Shown: positions 44,741 to 52,345, counted from the first letter of the stretch. The stretch: DNA of 64,000 nt from an uncultured Gammaproteobacteria bacterium (GCA_964531275.1 CAZHDZ010000002.1:58180-122179), one strand, 5' to 3'. Program-made: numbers and translations. The notes: a model not told the origin generated them from the letters alone.

Positions 44741-45852
44741 CCTACTTTTTGGAAAATTAGTTCTTTGGATTTTTGGAGTATCTTTACTTTGTCCATATTA
44801 AGTTCTACGCCAAGACCATTTTTGCTAACAGGTACTCTTTGGCCTGCGACGTAAGGAGACATTCCGGTTGTATAATTCTGAACTTTAAGATCTGCGTCTA
44901 AATCCGAAAGAATTATATTAGGAGTAGAAACAGCAAAGTGAACGCCTGCCGCAATGCCAATTGGTCCTTCTAGCATGCATCCCACCATTACTTTCATATC
45001 TGCCTTCTCAGCCATTTCCGCAATGACTTTGGAGGGCCAGATCCCTCCTGCCTTTTGAAGCTTAATATTAATTCCATGCGCAGCCTTTTTCTTTGTTACC
45101 ACTTTTGCATCTTCTATGGTTGCGGCAGATTCATCCGCAAAAACCAGCATGCCCTCAACATTGTCTTTAACAAATTTCAACTTTGTAAGTTGACCTTTGG
45201 GACATGGTTCCTCAACCAAAATTACATTCCCAAGAATCTTATTAATACTATTTAAATCTTTAACCGCTTTTTTAGGGTCGGTAAATCCTTGATTAGCGTC
45301 AACTATATACTTCATTCTTGCTGGTGAGGCATTTTTTATTGCCCGTACTCTTTCAATATCCCCTTCTCCTTTAAGCTTTATTTTAAGAATCTTTAATTTC
45401 GGAAACTCATCAAAAATTTGACGAGTCGCTTGTGCTGTTTGGCTGAGTGTGTCATGAAGAAGAACCGTAACAGAATTGTCCACTAGGGAAGCCTTTGGTG
45501 CATACAGGGCATAGACCGGAATTTTGCGAATCTTTGCAATTAGATCATGATATGCAAAGTCGATTGCTGCTCGTAATGTTAAAGAGGTAATTTTGGTATC
45601 CAAAAAAGCATGAAGTTGTGCCAGTGAATCTGTCTCTGGATTAAGTGGTATCGTTCTTACTTTTGATACATCCTCAACTACATCATCCTGGGAGTCTCCA
45701 GTTATTGGTTTAAATGGGGCTGCTTCGCCTACTCCAGTAAACCCTTTGTGTGAAAGAGTAATAACGACTGTCTCTCGATAGTAGAAAGTGTGGAATGATA
45801 CGGAGAAAGGCTCCGGTAGTTTTGTGTTAAGAATTGATGCGCTTAGTTTCAT
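44737..45852 (-). CDS. Mandelate racemase / muconate-lactonizing enzyme family (enolase superfamily); likely dipeptide epimerase or OSBS-like.
   Basis: KxK (KIKLKG), metal ligands D (VDANQGF), E (LVEEP) and D (FADES), and the second catalytic K (KLQKAG). 371 aa. Confidence 0.75.
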   Translation of the reverse strand: MKLSASILNTKLPEPFSVSFHTFYYRETVVITLSHKGFTGVGEAAPFKPITGDSQDDVVEDVSKVRTIPLNPETDSLAQLHAFLDTKITSLTLRAAIDFAYHDLIAKIRKIPVYALYAPKASLVDNSVTVLLHDTLSQTAQATRQIFDEFPKLKILKIKLKGEGDIERVRAIKNASPARMKYIVDANQGFTDPKKAVKDLNSINKILGNVILVEEPCPKGQLTKLKFVKDNVEGMLVFADESAATIEDAKVVTKKKAAHGINIKLQKAGGIWPSKVIAEMAEKADMKVMVGCMLEGPIGIAAGVHFAVSTPNIILSDLDADLKVQNYTTGMSPYVAGQRVPVSKNGLGVELNMDKVKILQKSKELIFQKVG

Positions 45853-45855
45853 GCG

Positions 45856-47436
45856 TTATTGTAATTGCAATTCTACTAAATTCGGTCGAGCATTGTCGTA
45901 AATAAATTGTGGCGTTACTTCTGCAAATGTCTCATCTTTTCTTCCAGAAAAAACCGTAGCATATATGCCCGGAAGGCCAATAAGACTTGCCTCCTTAACT
46001 GTAGTATCCCGAATTTGATCAAGTCTTTTCTGATTAATTGCTCCTCCTGCAATTATCTCGATTGCTCCTGCAGGTCTGACCGCTCTATCTGCGTTATTTC
46101 TGCTGACAATAGGAATCATGCCGGCGCTATAATTCTCAGTGCGTTGGGCTCTGACCATTTGCGCCCATTTACTATTTCCTGCTTCATCTAGTGCCTGAGA
46201 AAGGCCATCCTTCATCCTTGTTAAATAGTCTGTTTGCATGAATCCCCCATAGCAAACAAGGCCTCTAGCTAAGGCAAGTTCTGTAAATGTTACAAAGAGA
46301 TTTGGATAAATATCCTCGTTGTTAAGAGCTTGTGCAATTGCCTCGGGCTCGAATGGTAGAACAGAATCTTTTCCTGCCAGAACGAGCCCTCCACTCCTTT
46401 CTTCTAGGTGAAGACTCTCTACTTCCAGATTTGTTCTCTTGCCCCAGAAAAATTCAGTACCTTGTCTTGCATTTTGGCTATTCCAACAGCCGGGTACGCC
46501 ATCAAGACTACGATACGTTGCATCTCTTAACTCAGGATTAAAGAGGGTATTAAAGATAAGAGAATCCGGATTTTCCAGATCCTGTTTGAGTAGATCTGTT
46601 GCTACTTTTTCGATTTGCAAAAAGGACATCTCAGGCATATGTTCTGCAACATCCGGTGTAAAGAGACGCTTCCACAAATCACTATTAATAAGACTTGCTT
46701 GGTCAGAGAAGCTGTCTTGTCCTAGTACGTCATATCTCATATAAACATCATTAAGAATCTCTCTAATTACTGTCATCTCCTGCTTGCTTATTACGCCTTG
46801 TCCGAAAAGTCCCGTGAGTTTTCCATCAGTTTGTTGAATCATTTCGCTCGTCATTGGTGGCAATGCAGCAACGGGTGCGTCTCCGTATTTTCGTACGGGG
46901 AGAATATTAATTTTTACCGGGACACTTTTCATTTCACCAGTGCCAGTGTCTTGGTGTCTTTCTCGTGCAAGTTGAATTCCTAAAGGATATGTTAAATTGT
47001 TTGCAGGGAGGGCACCTCCTGCAAGTGCCACAAGAACCCCCTCAGGTTTTTTCCCAAATTGTGCCAGTACGCTTGATTGTGCTGTTATGGGGAAAAAATC
47101 ACCACCCATGTGATAAGGAGAATTAACTACGGGAGTCTCTGCTAACTGACCTGCTGCTTTAATAGCCATTTCCGTCCCGTACAGACGGCGCGTCTCATCA
47201 ACTACTGCCTCAACTGCTTCTTCTAGAGGGTGAATAGTTGGAGTACTATCACCTTCACTAAATGTTGAGGCATATTCGCCTAGCCCTTTGCCTCCTTGTT
47301 CAGACAGAACACTTGTAAGCACGGGTCTTTCTGCCTTTACGGCGTCGTACATAGCCTCTATTTTTGCTTCTTGCGGTGTAAATCTTAAATTATCCATAGT
47401 AGCGCAAATTATATGCAACATCTGCCCTTCGCGCAA
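45856..47436 (-). CDS. Hypothetical protein (526 aa).
   Basis: Long ORF tightly packed, with a 3-nt gap to the MR/MLE gene. No motif I can name. Confidence 0.6.
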   Translation of the reverse strand: MREGQMLHIICATMDNLRFTPQEAKIEAMYDAVKAERPVLTSVLSEQGGKGLGEYASTFSEGDSTPTIHPLEEAVEAVVDETRRLYGTEMAIKAAGQLAETPVVNSPYHMGGDFFPITAQSSVLAQFGKKPEGVLVALAGGALPANNLTYPLGIQLARERHQDTGTGEMKSVPVKINILPVRKYGDAPVAALPPMTSEMIQQTDGKLTGLFGQGVISKQEMTVIREILNDVYMRYDVLGQDSFSDQASLINSDLWKRLFTPDVAEHMPEMSFLQIEKVATDLLKQDLENPDSLIFNTLFNPELRDATYRSLDGVPGCWNSQNARQGTEFFWGKRTNLEVESLHLEERSGGLVLAGKDSVLPFEPEAIAQALNNEDIYPNLFVTFTELALARGLVCYGGFMQTDYLTRMKDGLSQALDEAGNSKWAQMVRAQRTENYSAGMIPIVSRNNADRAVRPAGAIEIIAGGAINQKRLDQIRDTTVKEASLIGLPGIYATVFSGRKDETFAEVTPQFIYDNARPNLVELQLQ

Positions 47437-49077
47437 TTAATTTAGTCTTGCATTGTGAAGTGCAGTTATGTCAAAAAGTACTCCTCTTAAGTTTTCCCTT
47501 TGTAGTGCTGATTCCTGGCCAGTTGCTTGCTGAAGTACGACTTCTGTCTGGGCTAACATTTCTATGGCATCTTTAAGGTCAGTTCCCTGCGGAACATCAT
47601 ACTCGGTAGCGTAATACACGGGTTTATGTCCGATGTCTGTTATGAGAGATATTCCAATTTGTTCCTGAGGATCTATTAATCTTTGTTCTTCCCAGGCCTC
47701 AACATCATCAGCTACTTGCTGTAAATTTATTCTTTCATCTTGATCTTCACTTTTTGCTATCTTATTTTTTACAAAGTCAACAAGGCCATCTGAATTAGCT
47801 TCACGTCTCAGGAAGTCTCTCACTGCACAAAAATGCCTTTCAGACCTTCCACCAATAGTTATATTTACATCAACTGCTTCGCCCTCGCTCCCAAAATACC
47901 CATCAGAAGGAATTGCTAATTGATCTCGAAAAACCAGGGGGTGTATTGCTGCATATTCGGCTGCATTTTCTGCGCCATTGTCACCACCGTGATTATTGCC
48001 TAATTCCTGAAGCGTAGCGATGGTGTCCATAACTGCAGGATCAGTGCTGCTTTTCAAAAGATGGGCTAGATATTCACGAGCAACTCTAGTTCCCAATTGG
48101 TGTTCATCCCAAGGAACATCTTCCCTGTATTCAACTGCACTACTAATGTCAGGATAGGTACCGTCGATGAATCCTTTCATTGCTTCCATATTCTGTGCAG
48201 TTCTTCCCGGAATTTTTTCAGGATCCATTCGTTGGCTTACAGTATTTATTGCAATTGCAGCTTGATGTGCGAAAAAGAATTCTGCTGTTGGAAGTTGTTG
48301 TAGGATTCCTGCTTTCCTTCTAACCTCTTCCTGTTCATCTCCTGTAAGAACTGCTTCAACACCTATACTGTCAATTTCCTGAGCAATTGAAGCTCTTTGA
48401 CCTTGGGAAAGGAAATCAATATTCAAATACTCTTTCACAGTATCAATACCCTTTTTGTTTGCCGCTTGCCTCATTTTTGTGGATTCTCTTTTGGAATAAA
48501 TTTGTGATAGTCCGTCAAGAATTCGCATAGCTGGAATGCCATACGCCGGAAGTCTTGCGGGTGTAAAGTCATCATCGGAACCACCAAACCCAGTTCGTAT
48601 TGCAACCCTGGTATCAGGGTTTTTAGCCATCATAATGGCAGCTTCTACAACATGAAGAGATTGATTCTGTTGAACCATTGATATGTAGTTGTCTGATCCA
48701 ACTATAACTTTTGTAATTGAAGGAGCAAGTTCTGATATATTGGTAAAAGTATTTCGTGCTTCATCGCTAACAAATTCACCAGTATCAGTAAATAATTCTG
48801 CGCACTGTCTTCTAACAACTTCTGCGCTTTGTGCTATGAATGATCGGCGATATTTCTTCTCAAGTGGCGAAAATGGTGCATTTCCATCAACAAAAACTTT
48901 GATTCGATTGTCTGCATTATCTTCGAAAGGCTTAATAAGTTTTACTTGAAGCGCTTCAAGTTGCTTGTTGGCAACGCCAAAGCTTGCCTCTGCAGGCTGA
49001 ATGCTTGAAAATTCAAATTGTTGTGTTGGTATTTCAGCTGTCATATTTTTCCATTGGTTTGTCTTCTCAAACCACAA
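47437..49077 (-). CDS. Hypothetical protein (546 aa).
   Basis: The long ORF abuts the 526-aa gene (stop and start adjacent). The TTG start at 49077 sits 5 nt after a GGGAGG inside the upstream hairpin; an alternative ATG lies at 49044. Confidence 0.6.
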   Translation of the reverse strand: MWFEKTNQWKNMTAEIPTQQFEFSSIQPAEASFGVANKQLEALQVKLIKPFEDNADNRIKVFVDGNAPFSPLEKKYRRSFIAQSAEVVRRQCAELFTDTGEFVSDEARNTFTNISELAPSITKVIVGSDNYISMVQQNQSLHVVEAAIMMAKNPDTRVAIRTGFGGSDDDFTPARLPAYGIPAMRILDGLSQIYSKRESTKMRQAANKKGIDTVKEYLNIDFLSQGQRASIAQEIDSIGVEAVLTGDEQEEVRRKAGILQQLPTAEFFFAHQAAIAINTVSQRMDPEKIPGRTAQNMEAMKGFIDGTYPDISSAVEYREDVPWDEHQLGTRVAREYLAHLLKSSTDPAVMDTIATLQELGNNHGGDNGAENAAEYAAIHPLVFRDQLAIPSDGYFGSEGEAVDVNITIGGRSERHFCAVRDFLRREANSDGLVDFVKNKIAKSEDQDERINLQQVADDVEAWEEQRLIDPQEQIGISLITDIGHKPVYYATEYDVPQGTDLKDAIEMLAQTEVVLQQATGQESALQRENLRGVLFDITALHNARLN

Positions 49078-49212
49078 AAAAACCTCCCTTTTGGGGAGGT
49101 CGTTAATACACGAAAAACCTCCCCTAGCGCTGGCTAAGAAGGAGGTCTAGTAAGATTACTGAATTTCGTGTCATGTTATGTACCATTATATCAATTCATT
49201 TGTCTTTGACAA
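49074..49212 (-). promoter_or_regulatory. Promoter (TTGTCA-16-TATAAT) plus a leader with two tandem CCUCC/GGAGG hairpins and a U7 tract 5' of the 546-aa gene.
   Basis: Minus strand: -35 at 49207-49212, -10 at 49185-49190. The leader reads GACCUCCUUCUUAGCCAGCGCUAGGGGAGGUUUUU ... GACCUCCCCAAAAGGGAGGUUUUUUUGUGG. The first hairpin's 5' arm (GACCUCCUU) mimics the 16S 3' end. Confidence 0.5.
49076..49099 (-). terminator. Intrinsic-terminator-like hairpin CCUCCC-CAAA-AGGGAGG + U7. It could terminate the 49221 gene and also sequesters the SD of the 546-aa gene.
   Basis: Minus strand CCTCCCCAAAAGGGAGGTTTTTTTGTGG. Confidence 0.55.
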
Positions 49213-49220
49213 GAGCTTTT

Positions 49221-49625
49221 TTATTCATTTTCCGCACCTTCTCCTGCCTCAGATTCCCCAAATTCGCTACCTTCGATCTCGAAAGATGCACCGTTTTCTA
49301 TTCCTGCTCCTTCTACTTCATTGGTGCCTATTGCTGCTAATTCCATAGTCACTTCTGCAACGCCCACAGAAAATTCATGACCATGAGACATATCAATTCC
49401 AAACCCGCCTATTTCCATTGGAACAATAGATATATCGAAAAGACTATTTGAAGCACTTACTTCCTGGGTGGCAAACCCTCCCGCTAATTCGACATTAAAG
49501 TCATCAACAGCCGGATTGAGCTCTATCTCTCGCGGTTCAAATTTCCTTTTTCGCTCCAAAGAACGTTCTATCCCGGACATCACTGTACGTACTTGATCTA
49601 ATTGTTGTTGTATATCCATTTCCAT
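49221..49625 (-). CDS. Hypothetical acidic protein (134 aa).
   Basis: Monocistronic: the leader hairpin/U7 element is upstream (49643-49666) and a promoter for the next gene is immediately downstream. The C-terminal third is Glu/Gly-rich. Confidence 0.5.
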   Translation of the reverse strand: MEMDIQQQLDQVRTVMSGIERSLERKRKFEPREIELNPAVDDFNVELAGGFATQEVSASNSLFDISIVPMEIGGFGIDMSHGHEFSVGVAEVTMELAAIGTNEVEGAGIENGASFEIEGSEFGESEAGEGAENE

Positions 49626-49642
49626 AGTTTGTTAAAAGGCAC

Positions 49643-49700
49643 AAAAAAACCTCCCAAAGTGGGAGGTCAAATTATTATTTTCTCCCACGAAAAGCTACGC
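49643..49700 (-). promoter_or_regulatory. CCUCCCA-CUU-UGGGAGG + U7 hairpin with an upstream decoy (CGUGGGAG), followed by a 14-codon uORF (GUG start) overlapping the start of the acidic-protein gene.
   Basis: Minus strand UUUUCGUGGGAGAAAAUAAUAAUUUGACCUCCCACUUUGGGAGGUUUUUUUGUGCCUUUUAACAAACUAUGGAAAUGG. The decoy GUGGGAG is exactly complementary to the 5' arm CUCCCAC. Confidence 0.45.
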
Positions 49701-49755
49701 CTTGATAAGGTGAAGTCTTCGTGTGTAAGAAAATTGCATGTCCATACGTAATATA

Positions 49756-50151
49756 TTACACTTTTGAGGCTGCAATGTCAATTTCTGCGGTTGCTGCTAT
49801 TTCAACCAAGGCGTTTAGCGGAAGTGACACAACGCCAACTGTGTATCGAGCTGGTTTCGAATCGCCGAGATATTTTGCATACACTTCGTTAAATTTTGCG
49901 TAATTGCTCAAGTCTGATAAAAAACATTGTGTTTGGACAACATCAGAAAGAGAAGATCCCGCCTCCTCAAGAACCGCTTTAAGGTTTGAAATTACTTGCT
50001 CTGTCTGACCTTCAATATCAGCTGCCTCTATCGTGCCACTAATCGGATTTATTCCAATTTGCCCCGAGCAAAAGACAAATCCACCGCTTACGATTGCTTG
50101 CGAATAGGGCCCTACAACTGTCGGTGCCTTAGAGGTAAAGACTGTTTTCAT
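49756..50151 (-). CDS. ridA: RidA (YjgF/TdcF) family reactive-enamine/imine deaminase.
   Basis: 131 aa. The full-length sequence is characteristic of the YjgF fold. It sits immediately downstream of threonine dehydratase (1-nt junction). Confidence 0.85.
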   Translation of the reverse strand: MKTVFTSKAPTVVGPYSQAIVSGGFVFCSGQIGINPISGTIEAADIEGQTEQVISNLKAVLEEAGSSLSDVVQTQCFLSDLSNYAKFNEVYAKYLGDSKPARYTVGVVSLPLNALVEIAATAEIDIAASKV

Positions 50152-51399
50152 TTATATGATGTAATTATACAAAAGATCGCTGTGCTTAATCGGCGTATAG
50201 GAAATACCTATGCTGTCTAGCCTTTTGATTAAAGGCTCGTAGTCATTTTTTGAAGCAAGCTCTATTCCGACCAGTGCAGGGCCGGTCTCTCGGGAAGTTT
50301 TTTTGACATATTCAAATCTGACTATGTCATCCGTAGGTCCAAGAGCTTTGTCTACAAATGCTCGCAGTTGTCCTGGCTTTTGGGCAAATTTAAGAAGAAA
50401 ATAGTGCTTTCTTCCTTGATGTATCAAGCTTCTTTCCATAATCTCCGGGTATCTTAGGATGTCATTATTTCCTCCGCTTAGTACGCAAACAACAGTTTTG
50501 CCTTTTAACTTTTTTTTGAGGCTATATAGGGCTGCGATTGAGAGTGCTCCCGCAGGCTCAGCTACGATCCCCTCATTTTGATAAAGGTCAATCATGGTTG
50601 TACATATTTGCCCCTCAGAAATAAGTACTACTTCTTTCACAAGCCTTTTAATTATTGAAAAGGATATATCCCCGGGCTTTTTAACAGCAGCACCATCTAC
50701 AAATGTATCTATGTGATCAAGCTCTACTACCTCACCCTTTTTAAGGGACTCATACATGCTGGGGGCACCTTCCGGTTCTGCGCCAATGAATACAGTATGA
50801 GGTGAGACATGGGAAAAATATGAACTAACTCCAGACAAGAATCCCCCTCCACCAATTGGAGCAATGAAATAATCGATACTGCTTCCCAATTCTTCATAAA
50901 TTTCTTTTCCTACAGTTCCTTGGCCAGCAATTACATCAATGTCATTGAAAGGATGAACAAAAATAGCGTTTTTCTTTTCGCACACCTCTATGGCTTTTTT
51001 GTAAGCTTCGTCATACGTATTGCCAAACAACTCAATAGTTATATGTGAGTTGCCAAACTCTCTGACTCTTTTTATTTTTTGTAACGGGGTCGTTGTGGGC
51101 ATAAAAATTGTTGTTGAAATTCCTAGTTCTTTTGCAGCAAATGCAACTCCTTGTGCATGATTGCCTGCGCTTGCTGCGACTACTCCTTGCTGTCTCTCCT
51201 TTGGGGTTAGCATGGACATTTTGTTGTAGGCACCTCGTATTTTGTATGATCTAACGATCTGCTGGTCTTCTCTCTTAATATAAACTTGAGCCTCAAATTC
51301 TTGAGATAGACGCTCTGAAAGCATAAGCTCGGTGCGTTTTACGGTACCGCTTAGTCTTTTGGCTGCTTCGTTAATATGATTAAGAGTTATTACGTTCAT
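50152..51399 (-). CDS. ilvA: Threonine dehydratase (PLP-dependent; catalytic domain plus C-terminal regulatory ACT-like domain).
   Basis: PLP-lysine motif VRSYKIRGAYNKM, ASAGNHAQGVA, and a G-rich PLP loop GGGGF. 415 aa. Confidence 0.85.
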   Translation of the reverse strand: MNVITLNHINEAAKRLSGTVKRTELMLSERLSQEFEAQVYIKREDQQIVRSYKIRGAYNKMSMLTPKERQQGVVAASAGNHAQGVAFAAKELGISTTIFMPTTTPLQKIKRVREFGNSHITIELFGNTYDEAYKKAIEVCEKKNAIFVHPFNDIDVIAGQGTVGKEIYEELGSSIDYFIAPIGGGGFLSGVSSYFSHVSPHTVFIGAEPEGAPSMYESLKKGEVVELDHIDTFVDGAAVKKPGDISFSIIKRLVKEVVLISEGQICTTMIDLYQNEGIVAEPAGALSIAALYSLKKKLKGKTVVCVLSGGNNDILRYPEIMERSLIHQGRKHYFLLKFAQKPGQLRAFVDKALGPTDDIVRFEYVKKTSRETGPALVGIELASKNDYEPLIKRLDSIGISYTPIKHSDLLYNYII

Positions 51400-51586
51400 T
51401 CCATAAGCAAAGCTTGTGTCTTTTCAAGCCAATCCCTGTCTTTCAAAGCCATAAAAAAACCTCCCATTTTTGGGAGGTCGTGCGTCTTAAAAGATCAACA
51501 CCCTCCCTAGGAAGGAATAATAATGTCGATAATTTGAAGACTTCGGTGCATAAAAGTAATGTACTACTGCTAGGGAAAAAAGTCAA
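51400..51586 (-). promoter_or_regulatory. ilvA leader: candidate promoter (TTGACT-17-TACATT), three-segment GGGAGGG / CCUCCCA / GGGAGG-U7 switch, and an 18-codon uORF whose stop overlaps the ilvA AUG (AUGA).
   Basis: Minus strand CCUUCCUAGGGAGGGUG...CGACCUCCCAAAAAUGGGAGGUUUUUUUAUGGCUUUGAAAGAC...CUUAUGGAAUGAACG. The hairpin's 3' arm GGGAGG is the SD of the uORF at 7-nt spacing. Confidence 0.45.
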
Positions 51587-51626
51587 TTGGGATTGACATA
51601 TTGGGCTAATTTGATATGATTTATTC

Positions 51627-51752
51627 AACGTGAAAAATTGTACATACATGAGAACTTCCCATTTCGGCACTCGATGCTGAGGGAATTTCTGTGTTTGTTC
51701 AATTTTCAAAACGAGCTCAAGAACTTCCCGCCAGCAAGGGAAGTTTTTTTTT
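51627..51752 (+). ncRNA. Candidate small RNA (~125 nt) with a consensus sigma70 promoter and a Rho-independent terminator.
   Basis: -35 TTGACA at 51593-51598, 16-nt spacer, -10 TATGAT at 51615-51620. The terminator is CUUCCC-GCCAGCAA-GGGAAG + U9 at 51724-51752. The body has two related hairpins sharing the 5' arm GAACUUCCC. No ORF of plausible composition. Confidence 0.45.
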
Positions 51753-51949
51753 GGGCTTTTTTTGGCTCTTTCACTTATCAAAGCGTTCGAAAATGCATTT
51801 TCGCACGCTACCATGTATTCGTCTTGGGAAGCTTTGTTTCCCGTAAGCCATAACGACCAACATTCATACAGGAGAGGTGTCCTTTGGCAGTCCCGAGCAT
51901 GTCGCTTGCAGAACTTTCGGCTGTTGCCGACTCCAACGGGGTGATTTGG

Positions 51950-52345
51950 TCATCCCACGTCAACTGCTCTAAGCCCTGGTTGGGCTACGGAGTGAACCTG
52001 ATTCTAGGCGAGAAAAACGCGGCAGAGGTCGACTTTTCTTTCTGTAAGGAAGTCTGGCAAAAACCCCCGCAGGGGTGGACTGTCCTTCTTCGCGTTGAGC
52101 GAGACGCATGCGAGGCGCACATGATGCGCCTGAAGCCAACCGGGGAGAACGAAACGTTCTTCTTCATGAGGGCCAGGGTTAACCTGAGCTCAAGCCCGAC
52201 ATGGATGAGTCTGGCTGGGACTGGGCTTGTCCGGACCAGGACTTACCGCGCAGGTATGCGTCGGAACAAGAACCGCGTGTCGGTTGGTCGCGTAAAACGT
52301 GAGTCGGTTACAGAGGAGGTATAAGTGAACAAACGTGGGTTGAGT
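51950..52345 (-). ncRNA. rnpB: RNase P RNA (bacterial type-A-like).
   Basis: Minus strand contains GGUAAGUCCUGG (P4 5' strand; cf. GGAAAGUCCGGG). CCAGGGCUUAGAGCAGUUGACGUGGG forms the P4 3' strand and 3' end (cf. CCCGGCUUAUCGGUCAGUUUCACC). UCAGGUUAACCCUGG matches CCAGGUAACGCCUGG, GGCGCAUCAUGUGCGCC is P12-like, and ACAGUCCACCCCUGCGGGGG is present. P1 is CCCACGU/ACGUGGG. ~900 bp lacks any credible ORF. Confidence 0.6.

Noticed and set aside
45907-48949. Plus-strand ORFs 45907..46191, 46332..46541, 46439..46744, 46798..46983, 48097..48303 and 48689..48949.
   Set aside because: They are antisense to long, well-supported minus-strand genes and Cys/Ser/Phe-rich, with no independent signals.
51443-51814. 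123-aa minus-strand ORF and the 51414..51596, 51638..51853 and 51762..51944 plus-strand ORFs.
   Set aside because: They overlap the ilvA leader hairpin, the divergent promoters and the sRNA. They have low-complexity, Phe/Leu-rich composition typical of AT-rich noncoding DNA.
51884-52324. 146-aa plus-strand ORF (MAVPSMSLAELSAVADSNG...RRNKNRVSVGRVKRESVTEEV).
   Set aside because: It overlaps the region best explained as rnpB on the opposite strand. It has a high-GC structured-RNA-like composition and an Arg-rich nonsense tail, and no RBS.
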